From a bacterium (GTDB taxonomy: Bacteria; JADJOY01): a stretch of 64,000 nucleotides of DNA. Below are positions 37,749 through 46,763 of the stretch, one piece after another (position 1 is the first letter of the stretch; the number at the start of each line of letters is the position of its first letter). Below the pieces are notes generated by a model. That model was given only the letters and a program-made list of their open reading frames with translations, did no database searches and was not told where the DNA came from. The DNA lies in assembly GCA_046331705.1 (NCBI GenBank), contig JAXLQJ010000041.1:1-64000 (forward strand), in the 5' to 3' direction. The position numbers and the translations under genes were made by a program.

Positions 37749-40700
37749 TCAGCTGCGCGCCTGCACCGCCAGGTAATCGCTCTTGAGCGTGCCCGTCCCG
37801 GCGCTGTCGATGCTGATGCGTGCCTTCACCTGGAACGAGCCGTTCACGAACTTCGTGAGCTCCGCCGGCTTCACGGTGCCCCAGATGAGTCGGGACGGGA
37901 AGTTCGTCGGATCGGTGCGGTTCACCACCTCGACCCAGCTCGAAGTGCCCCAGTCCCAGAGCGACAGCCGCACCGTCTTGGCCGCCGCGCTCCACACGCC
38001 GTTGTAGTAGACGGCGAACGAGGTCGGTGAGGCCGCGAGCGGAAGCGTGAAGTCGCCGTGGAAGTCGACCTTGTTGCCGACGGCCGCCACGTTGAACGTC
38101 GTGGCGTCCGCCACGGCGAGGCCCGTCACGCCATCGCCCGAAGGCGTTCCGAAGTCGACGGCAACGGCGGACGGCACCGCCGAGACGGGCGCCGACCCGC
38201 CCAGGGTCGCCGAGGAGACGTTCGAGAACCCGGACTCGTGTCCGTCGGTGTCGACGGCCTTCACCGCGTAGTAGTGGGCGTAACCGCGCTCCGCGGTGGT
38301 GTCCTGGTAGTTGGTCGCCACGATCGGCGACGCGTTCACCTTGTTCGCGAACGGGCCCGAGGACGCGCGGCTGCGATACACGTTGTATCCGGCGAGATCG
38401 CCGCTTCCGCTCGCGACCCACGAAAGGTTCACGTTGCTGCCGGCGAGGTTCGCCGCGAGCCCGGACGGCGAGCTCGGCGCATTCGGGTCGGATCCTTGCT
38501 TCGGCAACACCAGGAACACGATCGAGCGCGCCGGCAAGCTGTAAGTGAACGAGCTCGCGACGCCGTTGAGCGTCGACGTGGCGGGGACCACCTCGAAGGC
38601 GCCGCCGCTCGAGTTCTCGGGCTCGTTGTTCGAGCCGATGTCGGCGCCGGTCACGACGATCTGGGTGCCCGAGGATGCGGGTGTGAAGCTGCCGAGATTG
38701 AGATCGACGGGGATCGTCTGCGTGCGGTTGCGGTTGACCAGCATCAGCACCAGCGCGTTGCCGCTCGGCTGGACCGCCGCCAGACCGTCCACGTAGTTGG
38801 GGATCTCGCGGTAGAGCGAGCCGATGGCGCCGCCGACCAGGAAGCCATCGTCGCCGTCGTAGTGGTAGCCGTACGGGCCAGTCTTGAGGCTCACGATGTT
38901 GCCGGTCAGGTACTGACGCGCCAGCGCCAGCACGTAACCCGTGGGCCGCATGCGCGGATCGATGCGACCGATCTGGCCGTTCTCCGCGTCCTGCGCGACG
39001 CCTTCGATGGCGCCGACGAACTGCTTCTCGCCGAAGAGCGGGAAGAAGTTCCCGAGCTTCATGCCCTGCTTCAGGAAGTTCGCCAGGAAGAGCGCGTTGG
39101 TGATCGCCGATTTGAGGTCGTTGGGTCGAGCGTTGATGCCGTAGATCGTGTTCCACTCGGTCGCATACGGCGGCTTGCCGCCCTCGAGGGGAACGCGCTC
39201 GCCCATGAACGTGGGCACCGCGTCCGGAATGCCGGCGACCGCCTCGTAGAAGAGGTCCGCGTTCGAGAGGTCGATGTCCTTGGGGCTGCCGGGACCCGCA
39301 AGATCCACGCGGGTGTCGAGGCTGAGCTGGTTCGCGGCGGCGCCCACGACTTGAACCGCGATCGTGTGGGTTCCCGCCGTGAGCCCGGAGACGGTGGTGC
39401 TCCAAGTCGGGAACGACAGCGTGCCGTAGTTGAAGCCCTGATTGATCGTCTGCGACCAGCGGGTGACGCCGTCCACCTGCAGCACCAGCGTGGGGTAGTT
39501 CGCCGAAGGTGCGTAGAGCGCCGCGGCGCTGAACGTGAACGTGTAGTCCCCCGCCTGCGGGAACGTGTGGGTCACCGACACGCCGTTGTCCTTCTGGAAG
39601 ATCAACGAGAAGTACGGCGAGGGGCCGTAGGGATGGTGCGCCCAGAAGTCGATGTTCGCGCCCGCGATGTCGAGGACACCGTTGCCGTTGTTCTGGTACC
39701 AGAGCAGCCGGTTGCCGAGGGTGTTGTAGAAGACGTCGTCCTGCGACCCGAGCTTGACCGTGGGATCCGTGCCCTTGAGACCCACCACCGAGCCGCCGGT
39801 GCCGACCGCGAAGTGGTTGAACAGGTTCGCGTACGACGACGGGTTGGTCTGCATCACCTCGTTGCCGATCTCCCAGGTGTCGATCCCGTACGGCAACGTG
39901 CGACCGTTCGCCGCGCGCACCGCCGCCCAGTCGACGCCGCCGTTCGCGTTGCTCCCGTCGGCGGGATAGTTCACGTACTCGACCCAGTCCTGGGCCACGA
40001 GGATCGCCGGGTTCTCACCCATCGCGACCCGGTCGCACCCGCCGTTCTGCGGTCCCGAGACGAGGCAATCGATGTTGACGATCAGGTTGGCCTTGCCGCC
40101 CGCGTCCTCGGCGAAGCGCAGCGCCTCGTCCGTGCCGATCGCGAGCATCGACTCGAAGAAGCCGTCCGAGCGGCGCCCGGCGATCGGGCCGATCCCCTGC
40201 ATCCAGAAGTAACCGTTCGCCTGGACGCCTCCCGGGTAACGAAGCCGCGGCGGTCGAATGTCGTCCACCAAGCTCAGGTAGCCGAACCATTTGTTGAGCG
40301 AGGCCTGGAACGTCGGTTCGTCGGTGATGAAGTCGCTGATGCCGTTGTCGATGCCGAAGAGCCCGAGGCTGGAGCCGTACATGTCCGTGGGGATCGGGTT
40401 CACCACGGTGCTGGGATCCACCGTCACCGGCATGGCGACGTTCATCGACCCCGAGACCTCCGGATTGCCGAAGAACGCGAAGTTGCCGTTGACGTAGACA
40501 CCGATCTTTCCGCCGGTGAGCGGGGTGTTGTCGGTGGCGCTGCCCTGGACGTTGCCTTGGTAGGAAACCGTGATGAGGTTCGGGTTGGACGCCGCGCGCT
40601 CGACCTTCAGCGTCACGTAGGTGTTGCTGGGAACGCTCACCGCCGCCGTGGATACGCACCCGCCGCCCGGTGACGTCAGGCTGCCGGTGGCGAGGTTGGC

Positions 40701-41204
40701 GTAGCTGGCGCCATTCTTCTCCTTGAGCTCCCAGGTGGTGCCGCCGGTCTTGACTCGAAACAGGTAGTGATTGCCGTTCGCTTGATAGTTGAAGACCACG
40801 CCGAGCCAGGTGTTGGTGGCGTTGGCCCGCGCTTCCGCCTGGTAGGTGAAGCTCGACGGTGTGACGAGATCGACCGTCTGCAGCACCGAGATCTTGTCGT
40901 TGGCGGTCGTGTCGGGGTTGTAGAGCACGGTGGTGTTGCCGGCGCTCCGGCTACCGTCCGTGAACGTCCCCCAACTCGCGGCGGCGGTCCCGACGCCCTG
41001 CCAGAACGAAGCGTGACCGTCCTCGAAGCTGATCAGGTTCTTGGTGGCGGAGACCGCGGACTCGGCGACTCGATCGGCGCGCCCGAGCCACACGAACGCA
41101 AGCGCGACGCACGCGGCGAGCACCGCGCCGCGCGCGAAGCCGATCCGCGCGAGGACGCTCGAACGAAGGAAGCGACCACGACGCAACGATGAAATCACGA
41201 GCAC
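37749..41204 (-). CDS. Large secreted modular glycoside hydrolase (GH51 arabinofuranosidase-like core, extra beta-sandwich domains, FN3)
   Basis: LRYPGG, WEIGNE (acid/base), ATEWN (nucleophile), LMLVNR C-domain, FN3 (LSW..GYNVYRS..YYAVKAVD..ES.FSN); GGAGG before GTG 41204/41198. Confidence 0.82.
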   Translation of the reverse strand: MLVISSLRRGRFLRSSVLARIGFARGAVLAACVALAFVWLGRADRVAESAVSATKNLISFEDGHASFWQGVGTAAASWGTFTDGSRSAGNTTVLYNPDTTANDKISVLQTVDLVTPSSFTYQAEARANATNTWLGVVFNYQANGNHYLFRVKTGGTTWELKEKNGASYANLATGSLTSPGGGCVSTAAVSVPSNTYVTLKVERAASNPNLITVSYQGNVQGSATDNTPLTGGKIGVYVNGNFAFFGNPEVSGSMNVAMPVTVDPSTVVNPIPTDMYGSSLGLFGIDNGISDFITDEPTFQASLNKWFGYLSLVDDIRPPRLRYPGGVQANGYFWMQGIGPIAGRRSDGFFESMLAIGTDEALRFAEDAGGKANLIVNIDCLVSGPQNGGCDRVAMGENPAILVAQDWVEYVNYPADGSNANGGVDWAAVRAANGRTLPYGIDTWEIGNEVMQTNPSSYANLFNHFAVGTGGSVVGLKGTDPTVKLGSQDDVFYNTLGNRLLWYQNNGNGVLDIAGANIDFWAHHPYGPSPYFSLIFQKDNGVSVTHTFPQAGDYTFTFSAAALYAPSANYPTLVLQVDGVTRWSQTINQGFNYGTLSFPTWSTTVSGLTAGTHTIAVQVVGAAANQLSLDTRVDLAGPGSPKDIDLSNADLFYEAVAGIPDAVPTFMGERVPLEGGKPPYATEWNTIYGINARPNDLKSAITNALFLANFLKQGMKLGNFFPLFGEKQFVGAIEGVAQDAENGQIGRIDPRMRPTGYVLALARQYLTGNIVSLKTGPYGYHYDGDDGFLVGGAIGSLYREIPNYVDGLAAVQPSGNALVLMLVNRNRTQTIPVDLNLGSFTPASSGTQIVVTGADIGSNNEPENSSGGAFEVVPATSTLNGVASSFTYSLPARSIVFLVLPKQGSDPNAPSSPSGLAANLAGSNVNLSWVASGSGDLAGYNVYRSRASSGPFANKVNASPIVATNYQDTTAERGYAHYYAVKAVDTDGHESGFSNVSSATLGGSAPVSAVPSAVAVDFGTPSGDGVTGLAVADATTFNVAAVGNKVDFHGDFTLPLAASPTSFAVYYNGVWSAAAKTVRLSLWDWGTSSWVEVVNRTDPTNFPSRLIWGTVKPAELTKFVNGSFQVKARISIDSAGTGTLKSDYLAVQARS

Positions 41205-41316
41205 GAGACCTCCGATGCGACCCGAAGAGGAGCAACCGGAAACGTTTGTGTGCGTCCGGGTGTCGCCGATCGCGCGCACCACGCGCGCGAGCCCGGAAGT
41301 GAGCACGCCTCGATCG

Positions 41317-41346
41317 AGTATACGAGTCGCGCGAATTCGACAGCAA
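41317..41346 (-). promoter_or_regulatory. Sigma70-like promoter
   Basis: TTGCTG-N18-TATACT on the minus strand, upstream of the hydrolase gene. Confidence 0.45.
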
Positions 41347-41438
41347 GGCGGAGCAACGTCAACAAACGTCGCAAATTTCAGGAATTGCACCATTAACGGC
41401 GACTGCACGCTTCCCGCCACGACGCGAGGCCGACGTGC

Positions 41439-43667
41439 TCACGGCGCGCTCACGCGGATGTAGCGAGGATTCTCGTCCACGCTCACGGCGCCCTCGCCGG
41501 ATGCCGACTCGGTGACCAACGTATCGATGGGCCGACCGAAGAAGTCCACCGCGGCGCGCGGGACGCCGATCGCGCGGGTCGGGACGAGCACCTGCCCGCT
41601 CGTCGTCCAGAGCACCGCGATCCGTTCTCCCTGCGCCTCGAAGAGCACGCCCCGCGCCGGCGCCGGCAACCCGCCGATCTCACCCGCGACGCGCGCTTCG
41701 CCGACTTGCCGCGCGAGCACCGCCAGCGCGACCAACGCGGGCTTGGGCGTGCCGTCGAGACCCACCACGCCCGAGCGCGCGAAGAGCTGCGCCGCGGCAT
41801 CCGGCAGATCCTGAACGGAAAGCAGAAAGAAGCGCTCGACTCCCCACGCGCGCGCCAGCAACGCGCCGCGCACGTAGTAGCGCGCCTGGGTCATCGGATC
41901 CACCATGAAGGGCCGGTACTTCGCTTCCAGATCGGTGGCGTCGCGGCCCGAGCCCCAACTGATCTCGGTGATCCAGATCGGCTTGGCGCCGTCGCCGTAG
42001 CGCTCCATCAGCGCGCGCACCTTCTTCACGCCCACCAGGCTGGCCTCCACTCCGGTGGTGCGCCGGAGCAACGCCGAGCCCTGCTCTTCCTCGGGTGCGG
42101 CGGGGAACGCGTAGGGATGCAGGTTCATGATGTCGAAGTGCGCGCCGGCGCCCGCGACGTAGAGCTTCTCGAGGTATTCGAGATCGATGAACGCGATCCC
42201 GGCCAGCATCACCTTCACCTCGGGATCGGCGCGCCGCGCGCCGCGCGCGAACGCCTCCAGCAAGCCCACGTAGGTCGCCGCGGACATCTTGGTGTGGGCC
42301 CAGTTCGGCTCGTTGCCGAGCGTCCAGAAGCGCACCCGGTCGCGATACCGCGCGACCAAGCGCTCGGCGAACGCGGCGAGCGCCGCGAGATCCGTGGGCG
42401 CAGCGTCGCCGCTCGCGTCGGAGCCCGCCCACGTGGGCGCGTGCGCCAGCATCGGCGCCAGCGCGAGCCCCTGCCCCACGCGCTCGTCGATCAGGCGATC
42501 GGTTTCCGCCCAGTCGTCCTGGCCGGGGCTGCGCTCGATCCCGCGCCACGACACGATCGGCCGATCCCAGTGGATGCCAGCGGCGTGGACGAAGGTGGGA
42601 TCGGCGCCCGCGTGCTCGGTGCTCGAGAGCTCGGACACGACACAGGTGCCGAGCCAGCTCGCGGGACGGCCCGGGGGCACCACGGCGAGCGTGTCCGCGC
42701 CCATGGCGCCCACCGACCCGGCCGCGGCACGGCCCCGGCTCGCGACTCGATAGAGCCCCGGCACGGCGGGCGCCGCGCGCGGGCCCGCGCCCGCAGACAC
42801 CGCGCCGCGCGACGCATCGGTCCCGGCGAGCTCGAGCGATCCCCCAGCGGGAATCGATTCCGCGCCGAGGATCTCGACCTCCTCGCCCACCCGCGCCACG
42901 AGCGCGCCCCCGGATGCTCGAACGCGCAGCCGCTCGCCGCTGCCGGGCGCGTCGCCACCGGCGAGTGTCGGCGCAGCCTCACCCGGCGCCGCCCACACGC
43001 CGAACGAGTCGACGAGTATCCGATTGGCCGCGGAGTCGCCGGTGGTGAACGAGCGCAGGTCGCCGAGCGCGATGGCGTAGATCTCGCCCGCATCGAGATG
43101 CCCATTCGAATCCGACGAATCCGCGGCGACGGTGAACGCCGCGAGCGGAATGCGGATCGCCTGCCACGCGCCAGCGGCGACCTCGAAGGGATGCACGTAG
43201 CGGGCGCCGCCGCGCTCGACGACGTTCACGAACAGCATCGTCGCGACGTCGCTCTTCAGGTCGAAGGCGAATCCCGCCATGTCGGAGACGTTCACCAGGC
43301 GAGCACGCGGCGGCGGCTGGCCACCGAAGATGCGCTGCAACAAGCCGGGCGGTGGGCCCTGGTTAAGCGTGTCGGTGCCGAACAAGACCTGCTCCCCCGC
43401 CGAGTAGCGGATCTCCGCCGCTCCCCCACCCGTCTTCCAGGCCTCCGGCTCGTGAACGATCCGGGCGCTGTAGGTCGGGTGCTTCCCACCGAGCACCCAG
43501 CCGTCGAGGGTGTCGTCGAACGAGAACACCACGCGCACGGGGCCCGAGTCGCCGCCGTCGGCGAACGCGCCGCGCGGCTGGCCCAGCAGCATGCAGAGCC
43601 CGACCCACACCCCAGCCCAGGCCGGTCCGCGCCGGCGGAGTGATCGGAACGTACGAAAGCGGCTCAT
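41439..43667 (-). CDS. Secreted clan GH-A hydrolase (GH39/GH5-like) with N-terminal CBM11/CIA30-like domain
   Basis: Signal peptide; FDLKSD..WQAIRIPLAAF; LGNEPN, NLHPY, KPIWITEISW, GTPKPA. Confidence 0.8.
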   Translation of the reverse strand: MSRFRTFRSLRRRGPAWAGVWVGLCMLLGQPRGAFADGGDSGPVRVVFSFDDTLDGWVLGGKHPTYSARIVHEPEAWKTGGGAAEIRYSAGEQVLFGTDTLNQGPPPGLLQRIFGGQPPPRARLVNVSDMAGFAFDLKSDVATMLFVNVVERGGARYVHPFEVAAGAWQAIRIPLAAFTVAADSSDSNGHLDAGEIYAIALGDLRSFTTGDSAANRILVDSFGVWAAPGEAAPTLAGGDAPGSGERLRVRASGGALVARVGEEVEILGAESIPAGGSLELAGTDASRGAVSAGAGPRAAPAVPGLYRVASRGRAAAGSVGAMGADTLAVVPPGRPASWLGTCVVSELSSTEHAGADPTFVHAAGIHWDRPIVSWRGIERSPGQDDWAETDRLIDERVGQGLALAPMLAHAPTWAGSDASGDAAPTDLAALAAFAERLVARYRDRVRFWTLGNEPNWAHTKMSAATYVGLLEAFARGARRADPEVKVMLAGIAFIDLEYLEKLYVAGAGAHFDIMNLHPYAFPAAPEEEQGSALLRRTTGVEASLVGVKKVRALMERYGDGAKPIWITEISWGSGRDATDLEAKYRPFMVDPMTQARYYVRGALLARAWGVERFFLLSVQDLPDAAAQLFARSGVVGLDGTPKPALVALAVLARQVGEARVAGEIGGLPAPARGVLFEAQGERIAVLWTTSGQVLVPTRAIGVPRAAVDFFGRPIDTLVTESASGEGAVSVDENPRYIRVSAP

Positions 43668-43908
43668 CGAGCGGATCTCCCTCGCTCGAGCCCACGCCGG
43701 CCGCGGGCTCGTCTCGCGCGTCGAAGCTAAGGGTCACGCGAGGCCGCCGCAAGCCGGCGCCCTGCACCGAGCCGGGGCGAGCGTCCCGGCTCGCCGCCGT
43801 CGTTGGCCGTCCCGCCGGCGTGACGCGGGCCCGGGCGAACTGTGATAAACCTTTTGGTCTTGCGCCTTTGTCTCGCGGTCCGTCCCGAGTGACGGTAGGA
43901 GCCAGCCC

Positions 43909-45969
43909 GTGGGTGTTTGGGACATCTACTTCGTGCTCTTCAAGCACAAGTGGCGGATCATCATCTCCACGATCGCCATCATCCTCGCGCTGGTCCTGTT
44001 CAGCTTCTGCTGGCCTCCCACCTTCCAGACGAGCGCCAAGTTCCTCCTCGAGAAGACCACGTCCACGCTGTCCGATCCCGCGATCTTCCCGCAGCACACC
44101 ACGAGCCTGTTGCGCTCGGTCACCGGCCAGGAAGAGGCCAACAACGAGACGCAGATCATCCTGAGCCGCCCCGTGCTGGAGCAGGTCGTGCGGCAGCTCA
44201 ACCTGATCGAGCCGCGACCGGACCCGGCGCCGCCCGGCATCGGCCTCGCCAAGATCCAGTGGGTGCTGCGCCAGGCCATCACCTTCGTCAAATCGTTGCC
44301 CCGGATCACCCTCGAGTTCCTTCACATCATCAAGCCGGCGCCACCCGAGAAGCGGTTCGAGAAGGCGATCGGATCCCTGCGCGATCGGCTGCAGGTGCAC
44401 CAGATCGCCGACTCCGACGTGCTCGAGATCGGCATGAAGGGCTGGTTCCCGGACCAGATCACCAAGGAAGTCCGGGCCGTCGCCGCCGAGTACCTGAAGT
44501 ACCACCTGACCGTGCACCAGTCGCCGAGCGCGGTGGCGTTCTTCGCCGACCACCTCGAGGACGCACGCCGACAGCTCGACGATCTCGAGCAGGAGCTCGC
44601 GGACTACCGCTCGGACAACGGCCTGATCTCGATGGACAAGACCGAGACGACGCTGCTCGAGAAGATCGAGATCCTGGAGCGCGAGCGCATCAATCTCCGC
44701 AAGGAGATCCTGTCGCTCGAGACCAAGCTGAGCCGCATCAAGCCGATCGTGGCGAATCCGAGCGGCATGCTGATCCCGAGCCCGGAGATCAACAACTTCG
44801 ACTCGGTCGTGAAGCTCCACGACGAGCTCCTCGAGCGTCGCCTGCAGCTCGAGGGTCTGCTCGAGCGCTACACCCCCGAGAATCCCCAGGTGCAGCTCAT
44901 GCGCTCGGAGGTCGACCGCCTCGAGGCGAGCGTGCGCCGCGAGGTCGATCGCATCATCGGTCTGGAGGAGGCGCAGCTCGCGAATTGGCGAGCCGAGGAT
45001 CAAGCGCTGGGAACCACTCTGGCGCAGCTCTACGAGGCCCAGCGTCCGCTGCCGCAGCACCGCCTCAAGATCGAGCAGCTGGACCGGGAGATTCGCGAGG
45101 CGTCGGGGCTCTACGAGGCGATCCTCAAGAAGCGCGCCGACTCGCAGCTGACCGCCGCCCAGGACTCGCGCATGGTGAAGGTGAGCCTGCTGGCCCAGGC
45201 GATGCCACCCGTGGACTCGGTGTGGCCGGATCTCTTCATGAACCTGCTCATCGGTGCGCCGGTGGCACCCGTCGTCGCGATCGCGGTCGCGTTCCTCATC
45301 GAGAGCCTGCGCAGCACCTTCAAGCGCGAGGACGACATCGTGCATGCCCTCGGCGTACCCACGCTGGCGGTGTTGGAGCACAAGATCACGGGGAAGCGCC
45401 TCGTGGAGGCCGCCCGCGAGCCCATTCGTCGCGCCGCCTCGATCCTCCTCGAGGGCGCCGGCCGCGGCGCCCGTCGGATCGTCGTCACCAGCTCGCTTCC
45501 CGGCGAAGGCGCCAGCGCCGTCGCTCACTTCCTCGCCGAGGCGATGGGTGCAGGCGCCCACCGGCGCGTGCTCATCGTGAGCGGAACCGGCGCGTCCGGC
45601 ACCGGGGAGGGCGCCGCCGCGGTTCGCGACAGCGGCGTTCCCGGGGTCTCGATCGTGGCGCCGCCGGGAGGCGGAGCAGGCGACAACGCCGTGATGACCC
45701 GCGACGAGGTCAAGTCCTGGCTCGACTCGGTGACGCGCGATTACGACGTCACCGTGGTCGACGGGCCTCCCATCCTCGAGTCCGGGCTCGGCCATGCGCT
45801 CGCCGGTGCGTGCGATGCGGCGGTGCTCGTGGTCGCCGCCGAGTCGACCGGTCAGACCGTCGCCGACCGCGCCCGTCAACGCATCCGCGAGGCTGGGGCC
45901 GAGCTGGTCGGCGGGGTGCTCACCGGCTACACGCGCTACATCCCGAACGCCTTGGAGCAGCGTCTGTAG
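43909..45969 (+). CDS. Wzc/GumC-like polysaccharide co-polymerase with degenerate kinase domain
   Basis: TM-coiled coil-TM layout, ILSRPVLEQVV, LGVPTLA, VTSSLPGEGAS, VVDGPP. Confidence 0.88.
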   Translation: MGVWDIYFVLFKHKWRIIISTIAIILALVLFSFCWPPTFQTSAKFLLEKTTSTLSDPAIFPQHTTSLLRSVTGQEEANNETQIILSRPVLEQVVRQLNLIEPRPDPAPPGIGLAKIQWVLRQAITFVKSLPRITLEFLHIIKPAPPEKRFEKAIGSLRDRLQVHQIADSDVLEIGMKGWFPDQITKEVRAVAAEYLKYHLTVHQSPSAVAFFADHLEDARRQLDDLEQELADYRSDNGLISMDKTETTLLEKIEILERERINLRKEILSLETKLSRIKPIVANPSGMLIPSPEINNFDSVVKLHDELLERRLQLEGLLERYTPENPQVQLMRSEVDRLEASVRREVDRIIGLEEAQLANWRAEDQALGTTLAQLYEAQRPLPQHRLKIEQLDREIREASGLYEAILKKRADSQLTAAQDSRMVKVSLLAQAMPPVDSVWPDLFMNLLIGAPVAPVVAIAVAFLIESLRSTFKREDDIVHALGVPTLAVLEHKITGKRLVEAAREPIRRAASILLEGAGRGARRIVVTSSLPGEGASAVAHFLAEAMGAGAHRRVLIVSGTGASGTGEGAAAVRDSGVPGVSIVAPPGGGAGDNAVMTRDEVKSWLDSVTRDYDVTVVDGPPILESGLGHALAGACDAAVLVVAAESTGQTVADRARQRIREAGAELVGGVLTGYTRYIPNALEQRL

Positions 45970-46157
45970 ATCCACGCCTCCCATGAACCCGCGCAGGAAA
46001 GCGATGTGGGACCGAGGGCGGCGATCCGGTACTGCAGCCCGGCGCCCGACGCGCGCGCCCCGGCCACCCTGGGCAAGCGTCCCGATCCTCGGTTCCTGAT
46101 TGGCGTTTCCGCGCGCGACCGTTCCCTTCATCCCCCGCGGGCCGGCAGCCACCGCCC

Positions 46158-46763
46158 ATGATCCGCCGGAATCGCCTCCCCCCACGCCGGCTCGCGGCGG
46201 CGCTCGCCATCGCCCTCCTCGTCGTCGCCGTCCATGCCGCGACACCGTTCGGTCGCCGCGCGGGCGCCGCCGAGCCGCGTCCCCCCATCGATGCGCTGAG
46301 CGTCGACCGCGGCCGCGACGGCAGCCTGCGCCTGCGCTTCCACGCGGAGGCGCTCTTCGACCGCGAGGCACGTGACGCGATCGAGAGCGGCGTGACCGCG
46401 ATCGTGTCGGTGAGCTGGGCCGTCGAGCGAGCCCGCGGGCTCTGGTTCGACGAGACCCTCGCACGCGGCCAGGAGTTCCGCCGCGTCGCCTACGACAACG
46501 TCACCCAGCGCTACCGCGTGGATTTCGAGGGCGACGACGCGCAGCATTTCGAGACGTCGTCGTTCGACGAAGCCGAGCGCGAGGTCGGCACCGTCGACAC
46601 GCCGCTTCGCGCCGACCTCAGCGCGCCGGGCGACAAGCTGGTCCGCGTGCGTCTGAGCTGCGACTCGCGCGACGGGATGCTGCCGCTCGGCCTGGAGAAG
46701 GTCCTCTTCTTCCTGCCGGGCTGGGGCTTCGACACTGGCTGGGTCGACCTCAAGCTGCCGTGA
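46158..46763 (+). CDS. DUF4390-family exported protein
   Basis: AIESGVT, RGLWFDE, YDNVTQRY, FDTGW; usual position upstream of ntrY. Confidence 0.8.
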   Translation: MIRRNRLPPRRLAAALAIALLVVAVHAATPFGRRAGAAEPRPPIDALSVDRGRDGSLRLRFHAEALFDREARDAIESGVTAIVSVSWAVERARGLWFDETLARGQEFRRVAYDNVTQRYRVDFEGDDAQHFETSSFDEAEREVGTVDTPLRADLSAPGDKLVRVRLSCDSRDGMLPLGLEKVLFFLPGWGFDTGWVDLKLP

